Positions 7,492-17,869 of a stretch of DNA of 64,000 bases are shown here, one piece after another. The position numbers and the translations under genes are program-made. Numbering within the stretch: position 1 is the first letter of the stretch; every line of letters begins with the position of its first letter. The stretch is from a virus. The stretch covers positions 23,341 through 87,340 of the IMG/VR virus record IMGVR_UViG_3300035698_014170. One strand, written 5' to 3'. The notes below the pieces were generated by a model that saw nothing but the letters and a program-made list of their open reading frames with translations, had not been told where the DNA came from and did not search any database.

Positions 7492-9555
7492 ATGAGCAAT
7501 AGTGAAATTAATCCAGTTGATTTATTTGAATGTCTTGTAAATGATAACGGCATCAAAGTTTTTACCGAAGGCAAAGCAGAAATTGAAAATTCACTAGACC
7601 GGTTAGCTAAAGTTTCTGGTACAGAATTGTCAGATATTTGGTTAGTCGAAGTAGCAGGTAAGAAAGTTCCCGAAAGTAGACTAGACGTAATCGACGATAT
7701 AATGCATTCTAAATACAGTGCAGAATACGACAGTTATCTTAAAGGCGAAACTGGGTTAGCAGAAAGAAAAAATCGTTTCAAAAACTTAAGAATATCTGAA
7801 GCAGGATACAACAAAGGCGATACTGTTAAAGTCGTTAAAGATAGTGAATGGGGTCAATGGCTTGTCAAATATTATGAAAATGGTAAATATTCAGAAGATA
7901 AGACATCTTATCACGATGATAAAGAAGATGCAGAAGGAACAGCAGAGTTTACTCGTAAGAAAATTGCTACTGCTAACGAATCTACAGAATCAGAAGAAAC
8001 AGCTCCTGCTGAATTAATTGAAGAACCAGAATTAGACTCTGAAGATGTATCAATGGAAGACGGGGAAAAAACTCCTGATAAGAAAAAACAAGATGGTATG
8101 GACGAAGTGTCTGATAAAGAGTTGGAGCAACTTATTGATAAGAAAAACGAATCTACTGATTCGATGGATAATAGATTACAGAAAATGTTTACTGAGGATA
8201 AAATAGAAATTCTTCAAAAGAAAATTGATCGATTAAATGCTCAAGCAAAAGAAACAGATAGCCAGCAACAAGGTACTAGAAAATCAAGTCGAGGCTACGG
8301 ACTTCAAAATATGTACGGAGAGATAGATAAAGCAGAAAAGGAAATTGCTGTTCTAAAAAAAAGATTAGGAGAATCTATTAACGAATCTGTGCAAGAATTA
8401 ATAGGAGAAGTATCTGGTATAACACAGTTTGAACAGAAGATATTGAATTGGGCAATTGAAAACAATGTGATAGATAACGAATTTCCTTCTTATAATGACA
8501 TGATGTATGCAATTTCTCGTCATCCTAAAGCAGAAAAACAATCGTTGTCTTCTATAGGCGATAACGAAGTTCGATTAGCCGATAACGCGGACGTATCAGG
8601 AATGTATTTAAGATATATTTTAATGCCTAAAGCAAAAGAAGCTTTTAAACACAGTTACTCAGATACCGAATCTTGGTTTGATGTAGATAAAGAAGGCAAT
8701 CCTACTAAAGAATCTTTACATATTTGCAACGATTGTAGTAAGACGTTTAGGAGTAAACTTTCTGAGTGTACGCATTGTAAATCAAAAAACGTAGAAAAAA
8801 TAGTAGAAGAAATATCAGATCAACTAGCCTTAGGTACAAAGATTGAAATGGAACATACGGACGACAAAGAAGAAGCTGCTAAAATAGCAATTGACCATAT
8901 TCAAGAAGATCCTGATTATTATACAAAACTTAAAAAGATGGAAGCTGGCGGTTGTGACGAATCTAAAGTAAACGAATTTGACGACAATAAAGACGGATAT
9001 ACAGTAATTGCAAAAGGTATAGCAGATAAAGATTCAGCAGATGAACTTGCTAATACTCATCAAGCCACTGTTATACAAGACGAAGAAGATGAAAAGAAGT
9101 TCGCTGTAATCAAAAAGACAGACGAATCTAAAGTAAACGAAGACACTCGTAATACTGTGATTACAGCTTTTGATCCACATGGTTATAGTTTATCGGCTGA
9201 AGAAATAGATAAAGATACAGGCACTAGAACTCTTACTCTATCAAAAGGCGCCGAAGAATTAAAAATACAGATTATGCCTACTCAATCAGACGCATACGAA
9301 AGCAAAGTAAAGGAACGTGATCAAGGTAGTCCTCTTAATACTAATAAAATAGATTGGGGAGATAAGGAAGAGGTTCGAGAACTTTTCGTTGAGAATTTTG
9401 GCGAAGATTTTGATCCTGCTAATCTAGTAACAGTAGAAGACAACGATGTTAAAACAGCTGTATATATAGATTACAGTGGAAGAGTTGAATATTACTTTGT
9501 TTATTGGAACACTAATTATAATGATCTTCCTACTATTAAGAAGATAAATTTTTAA
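7492..9555 (+). CDS. Acidic modular polyprotein with Zn ribbon and DUF5661-like module; probable head-internal protein
   Basis: CNDC..CTHC; GTKIEMEHT..AKIAIDHIQEDPDYYTKL; repeated NES and DESKVNE linkers. Confidence 0.75.
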   Translation: MSNSEINPVDLFECLVNDNGIKVFTEGKAEIENSLDRLAKVSGTELSDIWLVEVAGKKVPESRLDVIDDIMHSKYSAEYDSYLKGETGLAERKNRFKNLRISEAGYNKGDTVKVVKDSEWGQWLVKYYENGKYSEDKTSYHDDKEDAEGTAEFTRKKIATANESTESEETAPAELIEEPELDSEDVSMEDGEKTPDKKKQDGMDEVSDKELEQLIDKKNESTDSMDNRLQKMFTEDKIEILQKKIDRLNAQAKETDSQQQGTRKSSRGYGLQNMYGEIDKAEKEIAVLKKRLGESINESVQELIGEVSGITQFEQKILNWAIENNVIDNEFPSYNDMMYAISRHPKAEKQSLSSIGDNEVRLADNADVSGMYLRYILMPKAKEAFKHSYSDTESWFDVDKEGNPTKESLHICNDCSKTFRSKLSECTHCKSKNVEKIVEEISDQLALGTKIEMEHTDDKEEAAKIAIDHIQEDPDYYTKLKKMEAGGCDESKVNEFDDNKDGYTVIAKGIADKDSADELANTHQATVIQDEEDEKKFAVIKKTDESKVNEDTRNTVITAFDPHGYSLSAEEIDKDTGTRTLTLSKGAEELKIQIMPTQSDAYESKVKERDQGSPLNTNKIDWGDKEEVRELFVENFGEDFDPANLVTVEDNDVKTAVYIDYSGRVEYYFVYWNTNYNDLPTIKKINF

Positions 9556-9565
9556 TAGAAAGATA

Positions 9566-9883
9566 TTGATGCATTTATTTCACGATAGTTTAGATAACGA
9601 AGTTGATTTAGATAACTTAGCTACTTATCCTGCTGAATGGTATAGGTTAACTGCTTACGAATTATTCGATATGGCTTGGGCGGAAGCAGGTAAATCATTA
9701 ATTTATATGAAATATTTTTATCCTAATTTTGATTGGTCCGGACAAGACGAAAACGTAAATATATTATGTATAGAATTACGAGATAATTATAAAGAACGTT
9801 TTTGTGACGATACTCCAGAAAATCGTTTATGGTTTATGAGTTGGATTTTTAGATTTCAAACTGAGGTAGAAAATCAATGTTAG
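9566..9883 (+). CDS. Hypothetical protein
   Basis: 105-aa ORF in the operon. Confidence 0.7.
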   Translation: MMHLFHDSLDNEVDLDNLATYPAEWYRLTAYELFDMAWAEAGKSLIYMKYFYPNFDWSGQDENVNILCIELRDNYKERFCDDTPENRLWFMSWIFRFQTEVENQC

Positions 9884-10494
9884 AACTTTTAGAACAACTT
9901 ATAAAAGAACAAGATGTCATTATGAATGAATTAAGTGGTAAAGGATTTAAAAAAGCTTTAGCCACTGGTATAGTAGGAGCATCTACTGTATTAGGCGGAT
10001 TACAAAATACTGCACAGGCATCCCCTCCTTCCGACGCTAAACCAATATATAATCAGCCGAGTTACTCGGCACCTTTACATAAAGATGTGTCAAAGGTATC
10101 TGCCGGTGCAGTAATTATTAAACTCGATCCAATATGGAGAATTGAATCTTCTAGAGGAAAAAATCTTTGGAATAAAAGGACAAGAGCAAGAGGACATTTT
10201 CAATTTGTTGAAAAGACATGGAACGAATGTGTAAAAAGAATGGGTAAGGATTGGGATTGGTGGACTGATTCGATGGATTACAAAAAAAGCAGTCAAGTCG
10301 CTGATTATTATTTAAACAAAAGAATTCCTCAGATGATAAGGTATTATAAAATTCCTGATACAATCGAAACAAGAATAGGTGCGTATAACTGGGGAATCGG
10401 AAATACGTTAAAAAGTTATAGGAAATACGGCGATAATTGGTTACAACATTCTACAAAAGAGACTATAGATTACGTAAGAAAGTATAAATTGTAA
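9877..10494 (+). CDS. Lytic transglycosylase (SLT/lysozyme-like)
   Basis: IESS (catalytic Glu), ARGHFQF..TW and AYNWGIGN motifs. Confidence 0.85.
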   Translation: MLELLEQLIKEQDVIMNELSGKGFKKALATGIVGASTVLGGLQNTAQASPPSDAKPIYNQPSYSAPLHKDVSKVSAGAVIIKLDPIWRIESSRGKNLWNKRTRARGHFQFVEKTWNECVKRMGKDWDWWTDSMDYKKSSQVADYYLNKRIPQMIRYYKIPDTIETRIGAYNWGIGNTLKSYRKYGDNWLQHSTKETIDYVRKYKL

Positions 10495-11820
10495 ATGAAA
10501 AAACTAATAGAACACTTAATAAAAATTCAAGAAACTTTTGATAGAAAAACTATAGTTGCTATCAATAAAGTTTATAAAGACCACGAAAGAAGACTAGATC
10601 CAGATTCTGAACAAGTGAAAACTGCACTTCAAGGCTTAAAAAGTTATTACATTAATTATATTGATTGGTGGGCACAAGGACACGGAAAAAACGAATCTTT
10701 TAAATTAAAAATGGCTTATACTAAAAGATTAGAAGAAATACAAGATAGTTTACAGTCGGGAGATATCAAAGCTCAAATTATTGCATTAGATAATGCTATA
10801 AATCAATGGCATATCGATTTTCCAGTAATCGAACATTTAAGAATGGAATTAGAAAATTTAGAAGAAGATGATATTTTAAGTAGTGAAATCGAACATGTAA
10901 TAGACGATACATACGATATATTACGATCGTTAGGACGATTACCTAAAAAAAGTCCTTATGTTCTTGAATCTACAATTGATTTTCCTCGTAAAGAACTTTG
11001 TCCGGCTATTTGGTTAAAAGAAAATAATAGATATGTTATTAAACCGGAAGTTAAGGAAATTATCTTTAATTTATTATCAGAATACGGTATAATAAATGTA
11101 ATAGAGATAGCAGAAGAAATTCATATAACTGGATCAATCGGCACCGCCCAATATCTTGACGATACTGATATCGACGTACATGTTGTAGCAGATGCTAGTA
11201 AAATTGAAAACGCCGAAAATGTTCAAAAAGATATATTTAAATACTTTAGGAAAGAAGAAAACACTGTTTATATCGATCAGCACCCTATAGAAGTTTATTT
11301 ACAATTTGATCCAAAGCAAGAACTTCTTTCTGATGCTGTTTATAATTTGATAGACGATAAATGGATAATAGGTCCTAAAATTGTACCTGCTAGTTACGAT
11401 CCTTATGAAGATTTTAGTGATGTACTTCAAGATGTAAAAGATTTAGCAGGTGAAGCAGATAAAGAATTTGGCGAATTAAAAAGAGATGCCGTTGATTACA
11501 GTATAATAAGTAAAGCAATTGAAAATTTAGACGGAGCCGATCAAAAAGCTCTTCTTACTAAATTGAAAGATAAACTTTATGAAATAGAAAACGATATAAG
11601 TAAATTAAAAGGTCTTAAAAAGAATTGGATTCAAATGCGTAGAAACTCTTCCAAAGGAGATGGTAAAACTCTTACTTGGAGAGAAGACAATGCAAAATTC
11701 AAATATTTGCAGCGATATCATTATATGAAAACAATTTCAAAACTTGAGCAAATACTTAGTGATAATAAAATAGAACCAGAAGAATTAAATACTATTCGTC
11801 AGATGATGGGAAGTAATTAA
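10495..11820 (+). CDS. Pol-beta-superfamily nucleotidyltransferase with extra N-terminal module
   Basis: ITGS..DTDIDVH (GS + DxD) and PIEVY third acidic residue. Confidence 0.75.
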   Translation: MKKLIEHLIKIQETFDRKTIVAINKVYKDHERRLDPDSEQVKTALQGLKSYYINYIDWWAQGHGKNESFKLKMAYTKRLEEIQDSLQSGDIKAQIIALDNAINQWHIDFPVIEHLRMELENLEEDDILSSEIEHVIDDTYDILRSLGRLPKKSPYVLESTIDFPRKELCPAIWLKENNRYVIKPEVKEIIFNLLSEYGIINVIEIAEEIHITGSIGTAQYLDDTDIDVHVVADASKIENAENVQKDIFKYFRKEENTVYIDQHPIEVYLQFDPKQELLSDAVYNLIDDKWIIGPKIVPASYDPYEDFSDVLQDVKDLAGEADKEFGELKRDAVDYSIISKAIENLDGADQKALLTKLKDKLYEIENDISKLKGLKKNWIQMRRNSSKGDGKTLTWREDNAKFKYLQRYHYMKTISKLEQILSDNKIEPEELNTIRQMMGSN

Positions 11821-12296
11821 TGAGTAAGATGATACCTCAAAGATCAATTGATGCACTACGTGCCCAGATTAACGTATCGTTAGCGAATTTTGGGATTGAC
11901 TGTGATCTATATGTTCCGACAAACCTTGCTACTACTGAAATCGACGATATTTATCAAGCCCCTGCTGATTATGTATTTGATCATTATACAACTACTTGTT
12001 TTATTGAATGGAACCCTAATATTTTTAGACTAAAAGCTAGGGGGCTTTACGTAGACGGCGAATTACCTATTATTGTGTATATCCCTTATAAAGCTACTGA
12101 TGATAGTAACGAAGAAGTAGACGTAGATGTATTAAGACATAGTTATATATCAATTGATCCTCAGTTTATTCCAGATGATTATGAAGGTGCTGAGGAATTT
12201 GAATTAGTTGACATAATCGTAGACAAATTTCATGATGCTGCGATTGTAAAATCATTTAAAGCAGTTCCAAGGAGATATGAAGATGCTTCTGGATAA
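11820..12296 (+). CDS. Putative neck/head-closure protein
   Basis: Position before tail-terminator and sheath genes; size. Confidence 0.5.
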   Translation: MSKMIPQRSIDALRAQINVSLANFGIDCDLYVPTNLATTEIDDIYQAPADYVFDHYTTTCFIEWNPNIFRLKARGLYVDGELPIIVYIPYKATDDSNEEVDVDVLRHSYISIDPQFIPDDYEGAEEFELVDIIVDKFHDAAIVKSFKAVPRRYEDASG

Positions 12297-12307
12297 AGGA
12301 AAAGAAA

Positions 12308-12508
12308 ATGATAGTAGACAAAATTGTAAATACATCTTTTGGAAATGTCGAAATACGTTTAATAGATAAAACTTTGGTAAACATAAAACCAAACGAAGCT
12401 TTAGAAAAAGTAGATGTATTTAATGTAAATGAGCTTATTTCAAACGGTAATTTATTGATTGATTTAGGTGAAGACGGATTAAAATTCAGAACAGGTAAAA
12501 GGAGCTAA
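12308..12508 (+). CDS. Small hypothetical protein (paralog of next ORF)
   Basis: AAAGGA RBS; similar pattern to 12511. Confidence 0.65.
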   Translation: MIVDKIVNTSFGNVEIRLIDKTLVNIKPNEALEKVDVFNVNELISNGNLLIDLGEDGLKFRTGKRS

Positions 12509-12510
12509 TT

Positions 12511-12717
12511 ATGAGAGTATCAAATATTAAAAACGTATCAAAAAAAGGTGTTACGCTTAAGACGGTTAGTAAGATGGAAATATTTTTACCGCCGGAGCAA
12601 GAATTTGAGGATATAGATGTGACTAATTTAAAAAAGCTAGGTGAAAAGGTGTCTTATGTTTCGGATTTAACAGAAGTAAATCGTGGGAAAAGGGGTAGAG
12701 CTGTTCTTCATAGCTAA
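12511..12717 (+). CDS. Small hypothetical protein
   Basis: AAGGAG RBS; 68 aa. Confidence 0.65.
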   Translation: MRVSNIKNVSKKGVTLKTVSKMEIFLPPEQEFEDIDVTNLKKLGEKVSYVSDLTEVNRGKRGRAVLHS

Positions 12718-12836
12718 TTCACAATATATACATTGATTTAGTTTTTATCTTTTAACAGATTGAAAAATTAATAAAGCCATATTCGTCCTTATACTTAATT
12801 AATATACTATACTAATTTTAAAGAAACAAAAATAAC

Positions 12837-13115
12837 ATGAAAAAATTGAAAAAAATTGAAACTTTATCTGAGTTTAAAAATTATTCTCAATTGTTAGCCG
12901 CTCACCGTATATTAGGCGAATATTTAAATTTAAAAGAAGTTTTAGCAGAAATTCGGGATAACACATCTTGTAATTTTTCTAAAATAGAACCAGAATCATT
13001 TGCAGAAGGATGGATTAAAGAAAACGTTATTACAAAAGACAAAGATTGGCCGGATAACGTATTCAAATATTTTATGGAACTTTTTGTAGGTTATAATCAT
13101 AATCAAGAGGAATAA
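12837..13115 (+). CDS. Hypothetical protein
   Basis: 92-aa ORF. Confidence 0.65.
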   Translation: MKKLKKIETLSEFKNYSQLLAAHRILGEYLNLKEVLAEIRDNTSCNFSKIEPESFAEGWIKENVITKDKDWPDNVFKYFMELFVGYNHNQEE

Positions 13116-13117
13116 AA

Positions 13118-14035
13118 TTGTCTAGTTTTCTTAAAACAATTGATATAAGTATAAGAACCGCTTTATTCGATAAGTTCGGAGATCTCCTAGATCTTATTGA
13201 TGTAAACAGAGGTGTTCTTCTTTATCCAAAAGAAATAGCTTTTAGAATGATATCTGAGAAGAAGGGGAAGTCTATCTCTGAATTTATAAATGTTTGGAGA
13301 ACAAGGACTGCGCCTTCGTGGAAGAGACAAAGAACTCCTGTAGCTCGCCGAGGAATGACAATGGATTATACCGACAGTACAGGTACTAATACCACTGTTG
13401 TTAAAGCAATGCCAGTCGATTTAGAGTATAATGTTTGGTTTTGGACAAAAGATATTGAGAATCTTAATCTTATAGCAGAGAAATACCTTTTTTGGCAGCA
13501 GGATAATCCCAACCTCAATTTATATTATAATACTGATTATCCTGCTGACCTTGATTTACATTTTGGTGAAATGGTAGACGAATCAAATGTTCCTAATATG
13601 TTAGATCGTGGTAACCATTTCTGCATGCGAGTACCGATTACAATAGATGGTTGGATATTTGCAAGTGATGATACATCCAAGGTTATTCAAAAAATTGAGA
13701 TGGTTTTATATGATTCTCAAAATTTAACAGATTATAAAGAATGTATATACGAAGCAGATGAATATGATTCAGATACTGAAGCTGCTTTAAGATTATACGA
13801 AGAGCACATGTTTGGAATATTAGCAGTAGACGTTGATAAAAGTACATTTACTGTAAACAGGGCATCTGCTGACGAATTTGTAGTAGATAGTACTCTTTAT
13901 ATCGATGACAGTACTGGAAACGACGGAGTTTACACAATTGTATCCGCAGTAGACGGAGCTGATAATACAGTAGTAACAGTATTAGAAGAAATCGAAGACA
14001 GTACTGTTGACGGAAATATTAGCATAAAAATATAA
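13118..14035 (+). CDS. Putative tail terminator/sheath stabilizer (T4 gp15-like)
   Basis: PVDLEYNVWFWT..N.I.E and ITIDGWIF patterns; immediately upstream of sheath. Confidence 0.6.
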   Translation: MSSFLKTIDISIRTALFDKFGDLLDLIDVNRGVLLYPKEIAFRMISEKKGKSISEFINVWRTRTAPSWKRQRTPVARRGMTMDYTDSTGTNTTVVKAMPVDLEYNVWFWTKDIENLNLIAEKYLFWQQDNPNLNLYYNTDYPADLDLHFGEMVDESNVPNMLDRGNHFCMRVPITIDGWIFASDDTSKVIQKIEMVLYDSQNLTDYKECIYEADEYDSDTEAALRLYEEHMFGILAVDVDKSTFTVNRASADEFVVDSTLYIDDSTGNDGVYTIVSAVDGADNTVVTVLEEIEDSTVDGNISIKI

Positions 14036-14063
14036 AATAATTTTTGAATTTGGAGAACAAATA

Positions 14064-15790
14064 ATGGGAACTTATCTTAGCGCTGGCGTATATAGTAAAG
14101 AAAAAGATTTATCACAAATAGTACTGAATATTGCTACTACTACTACTGCTGCGTTATGTGGTTGGTCGCCAAAAGGTGACGTAGACGATATCAAACTTAT
14201 TACAAACCAACAGCAATTTATAGAGGAATACGGCAAACCCGTTAATACATCGGGGAACTATTTTCATTATACTGCTTTAGCTTTTCTTGAGAAAGGTAAT
14301 AAGCTTTGGTGTAAAAGAGTAGAAGAAGACGCAGAGTATGGCGGGTATGGAATTAGTAATGCTGTTCTTGCTGGAACGAACGAAACATTTAGTGACATAT
14401 CTAACGATTTTGATGCAATCATGGATAGCGGATATGCAGGTTCTTTAACGGACGCAGATTGTTTATTCATGATTATGGGTAAAGATCCTGGCGTTTGGAA
14501 TGCAAGAATAAGTGTAGCAGTCGATAAACTAGTGAATACTACGGAAAGTTGGGATACTGGAGCTCCTACAGCAGTAGCAGATGCAATTGTTCCAGCCGAA
14601 GTAGATCAGTATACATTTAGAATTAAAGTGTACTGGGAAAACGACGATGGAGATGACGAATTAGTCGAAACATGGGTAGTTTCTAGAAAACATAAAATTA
14701 ACGGTTACGGCAAACAACTTTATCTTGAAGATAGAATTAACGGCTACAGTGAGTATATTTATGTACAGGACAATACTGCACTTGCTGATACTCGAATGCC
14801 AGATGGTTTTACCACTCAAGTTAATTTAGGAGCAGGATCTGACGGTACTGCTTATGCTTCTCTTGCTAAAACAGTTATAGCAGGTGCATCTGCCACAAGT
14901 ACAGGTTGGTATGCTTTTCAAATCCAGCAGTTGTCGATATCAGAATTTTGTTAAACGGCGGAGAAACTGGTGACGGTGTAACTACTGCTGTTCAAGATGC
15001 AATGTTAGCAATAGCAGAAGCAAGAGCAGATTGTATTGCAATAATGGATATGGATTACGATGAGATGGGTGCAGGTGTAGACGATGCTATTACTTGGCGG
15101 AAGACTGTTAATAACATGAATTCAAGTTACGCAGCACTTTATGCTCCTTGGGTTAGAATAAACGATCCTTATAATGATGTATTAATGTACGTACCGCCAT
15201 CAGGATATGTAGGAGCCCAATTTGCTTATAATGATTATGTTGCACAACCTTGGAATGCTCCAGCAGGTTTTAATCGAGGAATGTTAAATATTGTATCTGT
15301 GCAAGACATATTTACAGAAGGCGAAAGAGATGTTTTATATGAGGCTCAGATTAATCCTATTCAAACGTTCAGAGGCGAAGGCGACGCAATCTGGGGTCAA
15401 AAGACAATGCAGACAAAATCTTCTGCTCTTAGTCGTGTAAATGTACGTAGATTACTTATCGTAATTGAAAAGGCGATGGCTATTAGTCTTAGACCGTTTG
15501 TATTCGAAAACAATAGTGAGTTAACTAGATTTAGAATTGAAGCTATGTTGATCGAATACTTAGATCTTTTATCTTCACAAGGTGCTTTCCAAACAGAAGC
15601 AGGCGATAACGGATATCTAGTTGTTGTAGATACTACTAACAACACAACAGCAGTAATAGATAGGAATGAGCTTAAAGTTTCGGTTTTTGTGAAACCTGCG
15701 AGAACGGCAGAATTTCTTGAACTCTCTACGGTTGTTACCAGTTCTGGGGCCAGCTTTGATGAGCTCACTTCTCGTGGAGCTTTACTGTAA
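14064..15790 (+). CDS. Tail sheath protein (T4 gp18-like), split by a T-run indel near 14915
   Basis: YLSAGVYSKEKD N-terminus; PPSG, PWNAPAGFNRG, INPI, IWGQKT, RVNVRRLL; reads GWYAF-SNPAVVDI across the break. Confidence 0.95.
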
Positions 15791-16689
15791 TGAGTGTTAA
15801 AAAGAAACGAAAATCTTGGACTAAGGAAGCTTTAGAAAAACGAAGTCTAACTATCCGAAATAAATATAAAAACGGATATGTTTCTCCTTTGTTAGGTTCT
15901 ACTTCAGCAAAGTTAGGAAAAACTTACGAAGAGATTTATGGTGTAGATCAAGCTTTAGAATTAAAACAACGGTTACATAAATCACATATAGGCATTTCGA
16001 CGTCTCGTAAAGGAAAAACTTACGAAGAGATTTATACCCTTGAAACAGCTAACAGATTTAAGAAACGAATGGTCGAAAACAATCCTTCTAAAGCTCGTAT
16101 AGGTAAAACACATAAAGAGTTTTTTGGAATTGAAAAAGCTAAGGAAATAAGTAAGTTAATTAGTAAAAGTAGAAAAGGGAAAACTTACGAAGAGATTTAT
16201 GGAGTTAAACAAGCTACTAAACTAAAAGAAAACTTGCGAAAGAAACAAAAAGCTTGTTGGGCTAACGTAGATTATAAGGAATGGCACGGGAAATTAACAG
16301 CAAAATCTCAACATGTAAAGCCTAACAAACCCGAAACCATTTTATTAAATCTTCTCAATATAGTTCTTCCAAATCAATATGAATTTGTAGGGGACGGCGA
16401 AGTGTGGATCAACGGAAAGAATCCTGATTTTATTAATGTAAACGGCCAGAAGAAATTAATAGAGATGTTTGGCGATCATTGGCATTCAGAGGAAATTCAA
16501 GGCGTTCCAACAGAACAACATGTGAAGGAACGTAAACTAATTTTTTTCAATCGTGGATATGAAACTCTCATTATTTGGGAACATGAATTAAAAGATTTAA
16601 AAACTGTAACTAATAAAGTATTAAAATTTAATAAAGGAACCAAAAATGTCAGACATGTCGATAAATTCGCTCAAGAACAGTTTAACTAA
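15790..16689 (+). mobile_element. Free-standing putative homing endonuclease (GKTYEEIYG repeats + Vsr/DUF559-like PD-(D/E)xK domain)
   Basis: Four repeats; PNKPE, NPDF, IEMFGDHWH, LIIWEHE; lies between sheath and tube genes. Confidence 0.75.
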
Positions 16690-17149
16690 TCCTGCAAGGG
16701 ATTATCTTTGGGAAGTATTATTTTCCAATCCGAAAGGCGGAGATACAGAAACTTTGTTACTTAGATGTCAGTCTACCAGTATTCCTGGCAGGTCTGTAGG
16801 TAAAATACCTATTCCGTATAAACAGAATGCCCCGATTCAATATCCAGGAAAGATTACGTACTCGCATAATTGGCCTTGCACATTTGTAGAAGGCGAAGAT
16901 CGTGAGATGTGGAATGCTTTTTACGATTGGGCTCAGTCTATAATCGACGACGAAACAGGACTCGGATCTTTTAATATTAAAACTGATATTTATCTTAGTC
17001 TTTTAAACACAGACGGCTCTAGTCCTATGAAAATCAAACTCGTTGGTTGTTTCCTCGAATCTCAGGAAGATATTGCTGTGTCGTACGATAGCGAAGGCGC
17101 TATTAAAATAGCGGCAGCGTGGAGTTATGATTTTTGGACTAAAGCATAA
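16646..17149 (+). CDS. Tail tube protein (T4 gp19-like)
   Basis: NPARDYLWEV, TSIPG, YPGKITY..W..TF and YDFW patterns; follows sheath. Confidence 0.85.
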   Translation: MSDMSINSLKNSLTNPARDYLWEVLFSNPKGGDTETLLLRCQSTSIPGRSVGKIPIPYKQNAPIQYPGKITYSHNWPCTFVEGEDREMWNAFYDWAQSIIDDETGLGSFNIKTDIYLSLLNTDGSSPMKIKLVGCFLESQEDIAVSYDSEGAIKIAAAWSYDFWTKA

Positions 17150-17152
17150 TTA

Positions 17153-17220
17153 TTAAAGGGGCTATAATTATACCCGTTATCAAATTAAACGTGTTGTACG
17201 GGATGTCAGACCCCTTAAAC
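17153..17220 (+). repeat. Dispersed bipartite element, copy 2
   Basis: GGGGCTATAATTATACCCG...AGACCCCTTAAAC, 45-bp spacing. Confidence 0.9.
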
Positions 17221-17240
17221 AAGCACTTAAAGGAAGATAC

Positions 17241-17849
17241 ATGTCTTTACTAAATAATATTTTTGGATTTCCAAGAATTGGCGTTCAACGCTCTTATCTT
17301 TGGGATTGTATACTACCAGATGTTTGGGGTGCAGGTATTCTTGGAGTAGCTGTTTCTAAGTTTTGTCAAGAAGTTAAAATCGGCAACTATAATATCGATG
17401 ATGTATCGGAAATGAAAACTGGGGCTTATAAAAAGTTTTTTGCAGGCAATATGAATATTTCAAATCCTACGATGACTTTTATAGCCCCAGTACCCGATAT
17501 TGTGTCTAATTATTTTCATACTTGGAAGAAGAAAATTATTGACGACGAGGGTTTTTATCACAAGGCCTCTAATTATAAAAGAAATGTTTATGTGGTATTA
17601 TACGATAGAACAGGTATTCCGGTTAACATGCTCACATTAGTTGGAGCATTTCCAAAATCGTTTCCGTCTTGGAATTTAAGTTACAACGGACAAGATTTAG
17701 TGAAATACGATGTGGAATTTAAAGTAGACAAGATTAAAACTGGATTGTCTGCTTTTGGATCTTTCGGATCTGATGCATCTAAAGCATTAGGAGAAGCAGG
17801 AACAGCTGTTAAAACAGGAATAAGTAAAGCAGGCAGTTTATTTAATTAA
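17241..17849 (+). CDS. Tail-tube-fold paralog (tube initiator-like)
   Basis: QRSYLWD..., LVGAFPKS..LSY.., DVEFKVD. Confidence 0.7.
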   Translation: MSLLNNIFGFPRIGVQRSYLWDCILPDVWGAGILGVAVSKFCQEVKIGNYNIDDVSEMKTGAYKKFFAGNMNISNPTMTFIAPVPDIVSNYFHTWKKKIIDDEGFYHKASNYKRNVYVVLYDRTGIPVNMLTLVGAFPKSFPSWNLSYNGQDLVKYDVEFKVDKIKTGLSAFGSFGSDASKALGEAGTAVKTGISKAGSLFN

Positions 17850-17869
17850 TTAAAAGGAAAGAAAGAAAA

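Noticed and set aside
14900-14960. Split tail sheath as a programmed frameshift or two-gene sheath
   Set aside because: Adding one T to the TTTT run restores a continuous essential protein. Similar 1-nt breaks at short runs occur near 920, 6865, 23797, 41465 and 53128 in both directions, which indicates sequencing or assembly indels; raw reads would confirm.
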